The position numbers were made by a program, and so were the translations under genes. Source: Methanomassiliicoccaceae archaeon (GTDB lineage: Archaea; Thermoplasmatota; Thermoplasmata; Methanomassiliicoccales; Methanomassiliicoccaceae). Taken from it: a stretch of DNA of 64,000 nt. Numbering within the stretch: position 1 is the first letter of the stretch; every line of letters begins with the position of its first letter. This document shows, one piece after another, positions 11,001 to 20,530 of the stretch. Where the stretch lies: the NCBI GenBank assembly GCA_040776945.1, contig JAXGZN010000002.1:288001-352000 (forward strand), in the 5' to 3' direction. The notes under the pieces are model-generated. The model had not been told where the DNA came from. It saw only the letters and a list, made by a program, of their open reading frames with translations, and ran no database searches.

Positions 11001-12183
11001 CGGCGAGGGCGCGCTATCCAACGAGGCCTCGGCGACGCCGGCGGCCTCGCCCCTCCCGACCGACCTGCGGTACGAACTCATCAATGGCGGTACGGAGGTC
11101 AGGATCACCGGCTACAAAGGGACCGGAGGGGCGGTGCTCATCCCGTCTCTCATCGAAGGAAGGCCAGTGACCGCAGTCGCCAACTACGCGTTCTATGGGG
11201 TGACCACCATCAACTCGGTGACCATGTCCCCCGGGCTCAAGGGCATCGGCAACTACGCGTTCTACAAGTGCTCCGGCATCATCTCGGTGGTGCTGCCCGA
11301 CGGGCTGGTCACGATCGGCGACTATGCCTTCGGGAGCTGCGTATCCCTGACCTCGGTCTCCATCCCGGGCTCGGTGGTCTCCATAGGCAGCACCTGCTTC
11401 TACAACTGCGCCTCGCTTGCCACGGTCACATTCTCCGAGGGCCTTCAGAGCATCGGCGACCACGCGTTCTACTACTGCGCGGCGCTGACCTCGGCCGACA
11501 TCCCCGGGTCGGTGACCGCCATTGCCAACTGGGCGTTCGCCTACAGCGGGGTGAGGGAAGCGAGCATCCCCGGCAGCGTCACCGCCATCGGGAGCTACGC
11601 GTTCTACAACTGCGCCTCGCTTGCCACGCTCACCATAGGGCCGGGGGTCCAGAGCATTGGATATCAGGCCTTCAGGGGGTGCGTCTCGCTCAAGGCGGTC
11701 GACATCCCGGGCTCGGTGGAGGCCATCGAAGGCTACGCCTTCTTCGGGTGCACCGCTCTCGCGTCACTGAACCTGTCCCCGGGGCTGAGGACCATCGGGA
11801 CGTACGCGTTCTTCAACTGCGGCTCGATCACCTCGGTGGACATCCCCGGCAGCGTCACCGCCATAGGGAGCTACGCGTTCTACTACTGCAGCAAGATGTC
11901 GTCGCTGACCCTCGGCCAGGGGCTGAAGACCATCGGCGACCACGCGTTCTACGGCTGCTCGGCGCTGAGGACCGTGACCATCCCGAACACCGTGGGCTCC
12001 ATCGAGGCCTACGCGTTCTACGGGTGCACGGGCATGACCTCGATGTACTTCGACGGCAGCGCGCCCGCCGTAGGCACGGGTTGGATATCCAACCGCAACG
12101 CCTCCCTGAAGATCTTCTACCACCGGGGGGCCGCCGGGTTCACCTCCCCGACCTGGCAGGGGGTGCCGACCTCGACGTATTAG
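8029..12183 (+). CDS. Large surface protein: signal peptide, beta-rich region, polysaccharide-deacetylase-like domain, 5 FN3, BspA-type LRR_5
   Basis: 'GWELGIHY' NodB-like motif; five 'W.APS.NGGSPITGY..YRG..Y.Y.VSAVN..GEG' units; repeated 'IPGSVTAIG.YAFY.C..L'. Start may lie slightly upstream (frame open to about 7975). Confidence 0.9.
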   Translation: MSSIAIVILLIACSFFVASSSVAAADPAPQGAEVLLLDQDLTAKAEIPSNMVIGNVHRSTTTATMTYSIAAKAVEYYSNDDESGSVFVGIEPFINGNLSFSIKVSSDSTFSSVNIIGSTFWLEARSLPDGGARVMSYYMSSASAYSYKSYDVPKSALPNGVNTINIMVSGTAKTLTVYHDEARKVSTPMFHWSVQNLPYAPMTSPIVCFDNYISSVATWTSTFIYGIRESVSGGIVSAVPGNDLVPFGIDYPRSEFNKLGTQYMAARGQKGVAWVDLQWLEYRPSDKAYIDSLLAAGWELGIHYNASLNNYAQASAQAFMKRQYDQVKAMFGQAPTSWCSYQNADSVTHATYAYQQLGMIWRNGHSGISYLANVGNLQETRWGQFWSRVSAAQMVYPSFTHKTDPASAEAYSISYSSFTKWVDNYEGKRMIGFYEYYGRVKNQVDTKITYLENVPGAKLRFSVDCNAFPSRLMIDLPLASGAAVKRNGAPLALGSDYTILDGRYIVLFANDNDVLEVSLGGSSTAPGAPSNLKAALGNSQIALTWNAPSTDGGSPITGYKIYRGTAAGGEVFLKAVGNVLAYTDQGLTNGITYYYRVSAVNAVGEGAMSNEASATPSAPVTVPSAPTNLKAAPGIAQVTLTWSAPSSNGGSPITGYKVYRGTASGAEVPLATVGNVLTFTDNGASPGITYYYRVSAVNSAGEGALSNEVSATPSAPATAPAAPSGLTAAGGDGRVTLSWSAPSSNGGSPITGYKIYRGTAAGGETLLATVGNVLSYQDAAVNNGITYYYRVSAVNAIGEGAMSNEVSATPAAAATAPSAPRDLTAAAGAGQVVLSWSAPSSNGGSAITAYKVYRGTVPGAEVLLATVGNVLTYTDNGVSPGIRYYYTVSAVSSIGEGAMSNEASAVPSAPATVPAAPSGLKAVGGDGQVMLTWSAPGSDGGSPITGYRIYRGSTAGGETLIATVGNVLSYTDHGLVNGAKYYYRVSAVNSVGEGALSNEASATPAASPLPTDLRYELINGGTEVRITGYKGTGGAVLIPSLIEGRPVTAVANYAFYGVTTINSVTMSPGLKGIGNYAFYKCSGIISVVLPDGLVTIGDYAFGSCVSLTSVSIPGSVVSIGSTCFYNCASLATVTFSEGLQSIGDHAFYYCAALTSADIPGSVTAIANWAFAYSGVREASIPGSVTAIGSYAFYNCASLATLTIGPGVQSIGYQAFRGCVSLKAVDIPGSVEAIEGYAFFGCTALASLNLSPGLRTIGTYAFFNCGSITSVDIPGSVTAIGSYAFYYCSKMSSLTLGQGLKTIGDHAFYGCSALRTVTIPNTVGSIEAYAFYGCTGMTSMYFDGSAPAVGTGWISNRNASLKIFYHRGAAGFTSPTWQGVPTSTY
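9598..11040 (+). repeat. Five tandem fibronectin type III coding repeats (about 290 bp each)
   Basis: Near-identical nucleotide blocks such as 'tcgccgataaccggatacaagatctaccgcggcaccgcggccggcggggag' at about 9688 and 10270. Confidence 0.9.
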
Positions 12184-12394
12184 ATCATGTGGAACGCCGA
12201 TCGAACGAGGCCTCTCCGCCTCCCTTTCCCCTGTTTTCCTCAAGGCGCGCCCTCTTCCCGCTCCGGTCCCTGCCGTTCCGATGATCCTCATCCCCGCCGC
12301 ACTGCCCTTGGGCGCAAGGGCGCCGAAGATTAACAGCGATGATAAAATAGCACGAGCACGCAAAAGATATCGCGAAAGGAAGCGGGGATGGGCC

Positions 12395-14647
12395 ATGCAG
12401 CTGTCAAAGAGGTCGTACCTGACAGGCCGGTTCGAGCGGATGGTGGAGCTTGCCGGCGAGGGCATATTGACGCTCGGCAGCGACGGCGGGATCGATTACA
12501 TCAACGAGCGCGGAGCGGCCATCCTCGGCTACCGCCCGGAAGAGATGATCGGCCGGCCGCCGGCGGACCTCATCTTTCATGAGGACGGGACGAACGCTCC
12601 GCAGACCGAGAACATGGGGAAGCGGTTCACCATCGAGCACTCCGAGGTCCCCTCCCGGCGGAGGGACGGCACCACGGTGTGGCTGTCGATGTCGGTCTCA
12701 CCCATCATTGACAGCGGCGGCTCGCCCCAGGGCTCGGTGGCCATCTTCTCGGACATCACTGCCCGGAAGGAGGCGGAGGAGGCGCTGAGGAGGAGAGAGG
12801 AGCGCTGGCGGCAGCTTGTGCTCAACGCTCCCATGGCCATCTTCGAGATCGATCTCATCACCATGCGGTTCAAGTGCGTGAACGACGCGATGTGCAGGAT
12901 GACCGGCCACTCCCGGGAGGAACTTCTCTCCATCGGCCCACTGGACCTCCTGGACCCCAGGGAGCGGGAGAGGTTCCTGTTGGACATCAAGGAGAGGACC
13001 GCCGGCCGGAGGACCGAAGAGGCGGCCGAGTACCGGTTCCGCACCAAGGGCGGCAGGGAGCGGCATGGCTCTTTCCAGCTCAAGCTCTTGCAGGAGGACG
13101 GCAGGACGACGGAGGCGCTGGTCCTAGGCCGCGACGAGACCGAGAGAAAGGAGTTCGGGGACGCTCTGCGCAGGAGCGAGATGAGGCTCCGCATGATCCT
13201 CGAGAACTCCCGGGACGGCATCTACCTGCTCGATCCCGCGAACGGCCGCTTCCTGTTCGCCAGCCCCTCGGTGGCCGAGCTCACCGGCTTCTCCATCGAT
13301 GAGCTGAACGAGATGGCGTCGGAAGGCATATTGGACCGCGTTCACCCGGACGATCGGGCCAAGGGGGCCGCCGGAGACGGCGCCATGAAGGATGAGAAGA
13401 TCGAGGGACCATCGGAGCGCCGGTGGAGGGTGAGGAGCGGCGAGTACCGCTGGTTCAGCGACCGCCGCCGTCTGGTCCGCGATGAGCAGGGCAGGGCGAT
13501 AGGCATCGTCGGAACCTCCAGGGACATCACCGACCGCAAGGAGGAGGAGCAGGCGCTCCGCGATAGCGAGGAGAGGCTGTCCCTGGCGCTGTCGGCCGGC
13601 GGCCTGGGCATCTGGAACTGGAGCATGGCGGGCGGCGTATCGATATGGACCGACGAGGTCTACCGGATGCTGGGCTACGATGTGGGCGGCGTGGAGCCGA
13701 GCTTCGAGGCGTGGATCGCCCGAGTCCATCCCGAGGACAAGGCCGCATTGCAGGCGCTCTTCCAAGAGGTGTTCTCGCGGGGCGGCCGGTACGAAGCGGA
13801 GTTCAGAGCGCTGGGGCCCGGGAACAAGGTCCGATGGATCTATGCCCAGGGGATCATCGAGTTCGACCCGCGCGGCCTTCCGGTCCGGACCTACGGGGTC
13901 ATGATGGACATCACCGACCGCAAGAGCGCGGAAAGGGACCTGGAACGCTACGCTGAGGAGCTGGAGCGCTCCAACGCCGAGCTGCAGGAGTTCGCCTACG
14001 TGGCCTCCCATGACCTGCAGGAGCCGCTGCGCATGGTGAGCATCTACCTGGACCTTCTCGCCAAGAGGCACGGCGCAGAGTTGAGCGACGCGGCGTCGCA
14101 ATACGTCAGCGCGGCCAAGGACAGCGCTGAGCGCATGAGGCAACTGGTGCGCGACCTCCTGGAGTATTCTCGCGTGGAGACGAACGTGAGCGAGATCGAG
14201 CCGGTGGACATGAACGCGGTCGCCTCCCTGGTCATGGAGGAACTGCGCATCGCGATCGGGGAGGCCGGGGCAAAGGTGGCGGTCGGCGAACTGCCGACGG
14301 TGCTGGCCGACGAGGTGCAGATGAAGCAGCTGCTGTCGAACCTAATAGCTAACGCCATCAAGTTCAGAGGCTCCGCGAGCCCGGCGGTCGACGTGTCTTT
14401 CTCGGAGCGAGGGAACGAGCTCGTGTTCTCGGTGCGGGACAACGGCATCGGCATCGAGCCCAAGCACCTCCCTTCGCTGTTCCGCATGTTCCAGCGGCTG
14501 CACACCAGGGATGAGTATCCCGGCACCGGGATCGGCCTCGCCATAAGCAAGAAGATCGTGGAGCGGCACGGCGGCAAGATATGGGCGGAATCGGACGGCG
14601 TGAGCGGCTCGACCTTCCTGTTCACGCTCCCCAAGAAGCAGGATTGA
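12395..14647 (+). CDS. Multi-PAS sensor histidine kinase (Cph1-like HisKA + HATPase_c)
   Basis: 4 PAS/PAC units, FAYVASHDLQEPLR H-box, DNGIGI and GTGIGL boxes; likely start ATG 12395. Confidence 0.92.
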   Translation: MQLSKRSYLTGRFERMVELAGEGILTLGSDGGIDYINERGAAILGYRPEEMIGRPPADLIFHEDGTNAPQTENMGKRFTIEHSEVPSRRRDGTTVWLSMSVSPIIDSGGSPQGSVAIFSDITARKEAEEALRRREERWRQLVLNAPMAIFEIDLITMRFKCVNDAMCRMTGHSREELLSIGPLDLLDPRERERFLLDIKERTAGRRTEEAAEYRFRTKGGRERHGSFQLKLLQEDGRTTEALVLGRDETERKEFGDALRRSEMRLRMILENSRDGIYLLDPANGRFLFASPSVAELTGFSIDELNEMASEGILDRVHPDDRAKGAAGDGAMKDEKIEGPSERRWRVRSGEYRWFSDRRRLVRDEQGRAIGIVGTSRDITDRKEEEQALRDSEERLSLALSAGGLGIWNWSMAGGVSIWTDEVYRMLGYDVGGVEPSFEAWIARVHPEDKAALQALFQEVFSRGGRYEAEFRALGPGNKVRWIYAQGIIEFDPRGLPVRTYGVMMDITDRKSAERDLERYAEELERSNAELQEFAYVASHDLQEPLRMVSIYLDLLAKRHGAELSDAASQYVSAAKDSAERMRQLVRDLLEYSRVETNVSEIEPVDMNAVASLVMEELRIAIGEAGAKVAVGELPTVLADEVQMKQLLSNLIANAIKFRGSASPAVDVSFSERGNELVFSVRDNGIGIEPKHLPSLFRMFQRLHTRDEYPGTGIGLAISKKIVERHGGKIWAESDGVSGSTFLFTLPKKQD

Positions 14648-14939
14648 ACATCGATGTACAACCGATCGCCCTTTGCAAGCCGATCAAGAATGGAAAAATG
14701 AGGAAAGGGCCTCGAGGCCGGGGGTAGCGGCCTCGAGGCGGGGGGATGCTCTCGCTGCAATGGGATGCATTCGGGAGCGTTAACACCCTATTATCTTAGT
14801 AGATAATAACAATTTGCATTGTTCTTGGCCCCTATAGGGCCCTGGAGGGTTATGAAGAGCGCCCGGCGGCCGTTCCGGCCCTCGCTGTCTGGATACCGAA
14901 GAGGCAATAACTAAGTACGGCCGGTCAATTCCAGGAGCG

Positions 14940-15782
14940 ATGGAGTTCCGCTACCGCCTCTCCCAGGTGAACCCTTCATTGGTCTCCTACCTGTCGGTAG
15001 CGGCGCCGATGGCCATGATAGTCCTGGGCGAGGCGTTGCTGTTCACCGGGAACATGGACGGGTCGATCATGGCGCACTTGCTGAACGTCCTGATTTGCGT
15101 CATGGCGCCGTTCGTCCTGGGATCGAACCCCATGATCTGGCAGTCGTTCTCCCTCGTGTCGATGCTCCGCGTGCTGAACCTCGGGATGCCCAAGTTCGCC
15201 ACTTTGACCATATACTGGCTCCCCCTGGTGTACGCGCCCGCGATCCTGGTCGGCTTCCTGCTGATAAGGAACGAAACGCTCGGATGGAGGGACTATCTGA
15301 GAAAGATGGCCAAGTTCTTCGAGCTTCGGCCCAAGCTGTCCGGATGGAAGCTGTGGTACCTTCCGGCCGGACTGACGATCTCGCTCGTTCTCGCGAACAT
15401 CGAGTTCGTGGTTCTCTCGAGGACCATCGACGACCTGAGGATGGTACCGAACCTCGAGGTCCAGAACGTCCTCGCGCTCTTCCTGGTTATGGTGTTCTTC
15501 GTCGGCCTGGGCGAGGAACTGGTGTTCCGCTACATCCTCCAGACCCGACTGGAAGGCGTTCTCGGCGTTCTCGGGGCGATCATGTTCGCGTCGGTGACCT
15601 TCGCCGCGATGCACTCCGGCTACCAGTCCGGGCCGTACATCGCCTATGTGTTCCTGGTCGCGTTCCTGCTCGGCTCGCTTTACTATAAGACCAGAAGCCT
15701 GGCCCTCGTCTCCCTGATCCACGGCACGTTGAACTTCTTCCTGTTCTCGTTCCTGCCGTTCGGTTATCTGGTCTTATTCTAG
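14940..15782 (+). CDS. CPBP (CAAX protease/Abi) family intramembrane metalloprotease
   Basis: 'GLGEELVFRYILQ', 'FAAMH', 'LIHGTLN' motifs. Confidence 0.9.
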   Translation: MEFRYRLSQVNPSLVSYLSVAAPMAMIVLGEALLFTGNMDGSIMAHLLNVLICVMAPFVLGSNPMIWQSFSLVSMLRVLNLGMPKFATLTIYWLPLVYAPAILVGFLLIRNETLGWRDYLRKMAKFFELRPKLSGWKLWYLPAGLTISLVLANIEFVVLSRTIDDLRMVPNLEVQNVLALFLVMVFFVGLGEELVFRYILQTRLEGVLGVLGAIMFASVTFAAMHSGYQSGPYIAYVFLVAFLLGSLYYKTRSLALVSLIHGTLNFFLFSFLPFGYLVLF

Positions 15783-15836
15783 GTAATGACTGGGCTAAGG
15801 CTAGTATTATATATCGGGCCGTTGATTCAAGTGGTA

Positions 15837-16079
15837 ATGCTGTCGAGCATAGTCTCTTCATCCGCAGCTACTTCGAGCGCCATCACCATGTCGACAGCCC
15901 TGGGCATCGGTGTGGGGGGCGCCTTGATCGCCATCGCGTTGATCATGCTGCTCTCATCGAAGGAACTTATCTCCAGCACCGCGTTCAACTCGCCCAAGAT
16001 CAAGAAGGCGCTGAACCTGGCGATCGTTCCGCTTCTGGCGGTGTTCGTTCTCAACGTCGTCTTCATGATAATGGTCTGA
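15837..16079 (+). CDS. Small 2-TM protein with Ser/Thr/Ala-rich N-terminus (80 aa)
   Basis: Own TATA (TATTATATAT at about 15805); hairpin of two hydrophobic helices with 'KEL' and 'AIVPLL'. Confidence 0.75.
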   Translation: MLSSIVSSSAATSSAITMSTALGIGVGGALIAIALIMLLSSKELISSTAFNSPKIKKALNLAIVPLLAVFVLNVVFMIMV

Positions 16080-16333
16080 TCGGAACTCGATCGGCCGAAC
16101 CTATTGGTTTTTCATAAAGCTTCATAGTGCAGCGGATGGTCCCTCTTCTCGCCTTAGCCGCTGTGAGGGTAGATGGTCAAGCGGCATGATCGGCGGGCCA
16201 ACGCGCCACTCGATCAGCGGCCGCTTCATCATCGGCCGCGCACGCGACTCAGCGCGCGCTTCCTCTCACTTCTTCTCCGGCAGCGAATTCGTGAACGATC
16301 TCCTAAAAGTCCCCTGGACGATGTTGTCGCCCT

Positions 16334-16552
16334 TCATCTCGCCATATGGAAGTATCTCGAGTCCATATGGGGCCCGCATTCTGGACACATTCTTGCCAAC
16401 CTGCCCCGGCTGTCCAGGTGATCCGTTCCAGTGGTGGCTTCAATAGGTCCCATCCATCCACATTCTTTGCAATAGATGGGCGATCCGTCCGCCATTGGAG
16501 GAGGTACTATCGCTTTTCCATTCACCAGATCGTCTGGAGGGGCGCATGCCAT
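16334..16552 (-). CDS. Putative small zinc-ribbon protein
   Basis: CKECGW...CPECG pair; GGAGG just upstream. Confidence 0.5.
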   Translation of the reverse strand: MACAPPDDLVNGKAIVPPPMADGSPIYCKECGWMGPIEATTGTDHLDSRGRLARMCPECGPHMDSRYFHMAR

Positions 16553-16567
16553 TATGCATACCTCCGG

Positions 16568-16822
16568 TCAAGCAAGGAACTTAAAGGGCAGCATCTTCAG
16601 ATTGAACCAGAACCAACACATTTTCTTTCGCTCTTTTTCAATCTTCGCAGCCCTTTCCAGTCCCACAAATTCAGATGGGACCCATGCGTATCCCGGGTAT
16701 GGGGGAAGTCCTAGAACCCCTTTCAATCTAATAGGCTCCATCAGGCTGGGGTCGCCGGGGACATATTCCGGCCTCGGCGGCCTCTTGGGCTTTGCGAACC
16801 GGGCCATCCGCACATCCCGCAA
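16568..16822 (-). CDS. Hypothetical small protein
   Basis: Co-directional with 16334..16552; no recognised motif. Confidence 0.3.
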   Translation of the reverse strand: MRDVRMARFAKPKRPPRPEYVPGDPSLMEPIRLKGVLGLPPYPGYAWVPSEFVGLERAAKIEKERKKMCWFWFNLKMLPFKFLA

Positions 16823-17065
16823 TATATCGCCTTGTGGCCAATCGCCCTATGGCACCATTTGCGCGGCTTGATATTCAACCCCCTCTTTACAATAATGGTC
16901 CGTTCGTACTTTACTCACTATCGCCCATTGGCGTCGGCGGCCGACGGGACCGATCTTGGACCGCACGGGCCAGCGGTCCGGGCCTTCTTGCCCCTACGCG
17001 GGTCCGGACCGTTCAGGAACGAAAGGTCCTGAGGCCGGACGCTGCGATTCTAGCTCATCGCCCGA

Positions 17066-17302
17066 TCACTCCACCGCTTCCATCCCCGCATGCATGAACT
17101 CGAAGCGTATGGCCCTCTCGTCCCCGCGGTACCGCCGGTCGATCCATCCCCGGGGCAGGTCCACCTCCCGGTGGCCGGCCTTCTGAACGCACTGACAGCG
17201 CATCATGACAAAGCCGTTCGGCCCATTGCGCTCCTCGACCACCTGGTCGCACGTGGTGCAGAAGAAGCGGGACTCGCGCCAATCATATTCCATCTCTGCC
17301 AT
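17066..17302 (-). CDS. Small Cys/His-rich protein (paralogue of 7600..7833)
   Basis: Same conserved motif set as the paralogue; TATA-like tract at about 17328-17340. Confidence 0.75.
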   Translation of the reverse strand: MAEMEYDWRESRFFCTTCDQVVEERNGPNGFVMMRCQCVQKAGHREVDLPRGWIDRRYRGDERAIRFEFMHAGMEAVE

Positions 17303-17546
17303 GATGTGATTTAATGTGAGGTCGGGGTATATTATAATTATTGGTCGTTATAAATCATCAGGCCCGGGCGCGGCCGCTGCTTAGACGGCAAAGACGTTCT
17401 CAAACCGGCTGCGTCCTTCGGCAGCGCCGTCATGGAATGAATGACTCTATTCTCGAACGAACGCAAGTTTCGCCCGCCGCCGTTCGGCCGCTCCACGGCC
17501 TTATGTACCTTTCCAACCGTAGAAGTGAACGGAGGCCGTCAGGAAG

Positions 17547-19043
17547 ATGACGGGGAAGCGAAGCATACCGCTGGCCAAGTACGAGCAGATCGTGGAAATG
17601 GCCAATGAGGGCATCTGGACGGTGGACGCCCGGAACCTCACTGACTTCATCAACGAGCGGGGGGCGGCCATCCTCGGCTACCGCCCGGAGGAGATGCTCG
17701 GCCGGCCGCCGGCCGATTTCTTCCTTCCAGATTCACTGGATGGTGCACAGGAGTGGCTGGGGGCGCTCATGGGCGGCGAGGCCGCCAACTATGAGCTGCA
17801 CTTGCGGCGGAAGGACGGCTCCGGCGCATGGGTCCTCGCGTCCACCCGGCCGCTCTTCGCCAAGGACGGCAGCTACGAGGGGGCGCTGAACGTCTTCTCG
17901 GACATCACCGAGCGGAAGCGGACCGAGGAGGCGCTGCACCGCTCGCAGCAGATGCTGTCCCTGGTGCTCGACAGCGTGCCGGGCCGCGTGTTCTGGAAGG
18001 ACCTCGAGCTGAACTACCTGGGATGCAATCGCAGCGCGGCCAGGGACGCCGGGTTGGAGGGTCCGGAGGACATCGTCGGCAGGAGCGACCATGACCTGGC
18101 GTGGAAGAGCACGGCGAACGATCACCGGGCCGACGATCTCGAGGTCATCAGGACCGGCGTTCCGAAGCTGGGCTACGAGGAGGTCCAGTTCCGCGAGGAC
18201 GGTCCGCGGTGGCTGCGCACGAGCAAGGTGCCCCTGCGCGATCCGAACGGCAGGATCATCGGGGTGCTCGGCACCTCCGAGGACATCACCGACCGCAAGG
18301 CCGCGGAGAAGCGGCTGGAGGAGTACGCCAGGCAGCTGGAGCGGTCGAACGAGGAGCTGCAGGAGCTCGCCTACGTGGCCTCGCACGACCTCAAGGAGCC
18401 GCTGCGCATGGTCACGCTGTCGCTGGACATCCTGCGGCGGAAGCACGGCGCGGAGATCGGCCCGAACGTCGACCAATATTTGAGCACGGCGATCGAGGGC
18501 GCCGAGAGAATGCGCCGGCTGATCAACGACCTGCTCACGTACTCGAGGGTGGAGGCGCAGGCCCGGGAGTTCGGCGCGGTGGACATGCGCGCGGCATTGG
18601 AGGCCGCGCTGGAGTACCTGAGAGCGTCGATCGAGGAGTCGCAGGCGGAGGTGTACGTCGGCGAGCTGCCGACGGTGCTGGCCGACGAGGTGCAGATGAA
18701 GCAGCTGTGGACGAACCTCATATCCAACGCCGTTAAATATCGAAGCGAGGCGAGGCCGGTTGTCAGCATAACATGCTCCGCCCAGGGCGACATGGTCGTG
18801 TTCTCGGTGCGCGACAACGGCATAGGCATCGAGCCGAGGCACCTCCCCTCGCTGTTCCGCATGTTTCACCGGCTGCATTCGAGGCACGAGTACTCCGGCA
18901 CCGGCATCGGCCTGGCGGTGTGCAAGAAGATCGTGGAGCGGCACGGCGGCAAGATATGGGCGGAATCGGACGGCGTGAGCGGGTCGAACTTCCTGTTCAC
19001 GCTGCCTAGCTTGAGCGCTCCGGCGGCAAGGCTGAGGAAGTAG
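17547..19043 (+). CDS. PAS-PAS sensor histidine kinase
   Basis: 2 PAS/PAC units, AYVASHDLKEPLR, HATPase_c boxes. Confidence 0.92.
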   Translation: MTGKRSIPLAKYEQIVEMANEGIWTVDARNLTDFINERGAAILGYRPEEMLGRPPADFFLPDSLDGAQEWLGALMGGEAANYELHLRRKDGSGAWVLASTRPLFAKDGSYEGALNVFSDITERKRTEEALHRSQQMLSLVLDSVPGRVFWKDLELNYLGCNRSAARDAGLEGPEDIVGRSDHDLAWKSTANDHRADDLEVIRTGVPKLGYEEVQFREDGPRWLRTSKVPLRDPNGRIIGVLGTSEDITDRKAAEKRLEEYARQLERSNEELQELAYVASHDLKEPLRMVTLSLDILRRKHGAEIGPNVDQYLSTAIEGAERMRRLINDLLTYSRVEAQAREFGAVDMRAALEAALEYLRASIEESQAEVYVGELPTVLADEVQMKQLWTNLISNAVKYRSEARPVVSITCSAQGDMVVFSVRDNGIGIEPRHLPSLFRMFHRLHSRHEYSGTGIGLAVCKKIVERHGGKIWAESDGVSGSNFLFTLPSLSAPAARLRK

Positions 19044-19214
19044 GGCTTGGAGTCAGGTTAAGGCGGAGCGGGGAGCATTAACGGCTTTAACCCGCGGGCA
19101 CCGCACCGCGCTGCCGTGATTCGAAGCCGGCCTGCCGCACAGCGTCCCATAATTCACGAATTTCACCTTTTTGAAGGAAACCTTTTTGTTGTCAGGCGTA
19201 GAGGTTAGGGGGCT

Positions 19215-20033
19215 GTGAGAGACATGACCATCGAAGTGCTTCCCGGAATGGAGATGTCCGCCCTGGACTGGTGGGACGATATAGCGGAGAGGCTGAGGGA
19301 GACCTCGCCGGTGATATTCCTTGATTACGACGGCACCTTGACGCCGATCTCCAACGTGCCGTCGCAACCGGTGCTGACGGACAGCATGCGCGGCACGCTG
19401 CGCCGCCTGGCGAAGAAGTGCCCGGTCGTCCTGGTCAGCGGACGCGAGATCGAGGACATCAAGCGGCGCGTGGGTCTCGACGAGCTTGTGTACATGGCCA
19501 GCGGGGGCTTCGAGGTCATAGGGCCGTACGGCCACTACGTGGAGAGGAGCGCCGAGGAGTTCGTCCCGTCGCTCGACCGGGCGGAGAAGGAGCTGCGGTA
19601 CTCCATCGGTGAGATCAGGGGAGCGCTCGTGGAGCGCAGGCGCTTCGCGGTGGCCGTGCATCACCGCCTCGTGGACGAGAGGACCATGCCCTGGCTGGAG
19701 GAGATCTTCGACCGCGTGGCCAGGAAGAACCCCCGGCTCCGGGCGGTCAAGAGCAAGCGGGCCTTCGAGCTGAAGCCGAACGCCGACTGGGACCGCGGCC
19801 GTGCCGTGGGTCTCGTGATAAGCACGCTCCGGCTGAGGAACGCGATGCCGGTGTACATAGGCGACGACAACGCGGACGAGGAGGCGTTCAAGGCCATCGG
19901 AGAGCACGGCGTGACCATCATGGTCACCGAGGACGCGCGGGAGACGGCGGCGCAGTACGTCCTGGCGGACGAGCTGGAGGTGCAGCAGTTCCTGGAGCAG
20001 GTGATCGAGACGCTGGAGGAGCGGGCTCCCTGA
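19215..20033 (+). CDS. otsB: Trehalose-6-phosphate phosphatase (HAD)
   Basis: FLDYDGTLTPI, VSGR, ELKP..WDRG.A, YIGDD..DEEAF. Confidence 0.88.
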   Translation: MRDMTIEVLPGMEMSALDWWDDIAERLRETSPVIFLDYDGTLTPISNVPSQPVLTDSMRGTLRRLAKKCPVVLVSGREIEDIKRRVGLDELVYMASGGFEVIGPYGHYVERSAEEFVPSLDRAEKELRYSIGEIRGALVERRRFAVAVHHRLVDERTMPWLEEIFDRVARKNPRLRAVKSKRAFELKPNADWDRGRAVGLVISTLRLRNAMPVYIGDDNADEEAFKAIGEHGVTIMVTEDARETAAQYVLADELEVQQFLEQVIETLEERAP

Positions 20034-20089
20034 GCGCCGCCATCTGGCGATGGAAGACGATCCCATCACCACGTTCCGATAGAGAGAGC

Positions 20090-20395
20090 ATGGATGCTGA
20101 GGGGAGGTTCTCCCGTGCGGCCGTGTAAGTGTACCATCCCGGGAAGAGAGAGGAGGGTGACGCCGTGGTCCGATCGTTCGTCAAGGAGGGACCGGCCGGC
20201 TTGAAGGGATACCTCATACTGGACGATCTGGATAATTCGGACAAGGCCGCCTACGTTACCCTCTGGTCCTCCGAGGAGGCGATGAAAGAGCACTTCGGAA
20301 GCATCCGGGGGGACCTCGACGAGGCCGTGGACGGGCTGATCTGCGGGGCCACGGAGTACATATTCACCAAGGTCCGCGACGTGTCCCTGAGCTGA
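20090..20395 (+). pseudogene. ABM (dimeric alpha-beta barrel) domain protein with in-frame TAA at 20126-20128
   Basis: MDAEGRFSRAAV*VYHPGKREEG...GLKGYL...VTLWSSEEAM; could alternatively restart at GTG 20129. Confidence 0.55.
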
Positions 20396-20530
20396 GCATG
20401 TTGCTCACATCGGTTCTTGCCGCGGCCGCGCCTCGTGCTTCGATCTCGGCGCCGAGCCCCGCTTCCTGGGTCGGAGCGCCCATGTGCCTCATGATCGAGA
20501 CCTTCGGTGCAGGGGTCCTGAGGACGTAGG

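Noticed and set aside
14708-14746. Short direct repeat GGCCTCGAGGC.GGGGG x2
   Set aside because: Only two copies in GC-rich DNA, with no functional context
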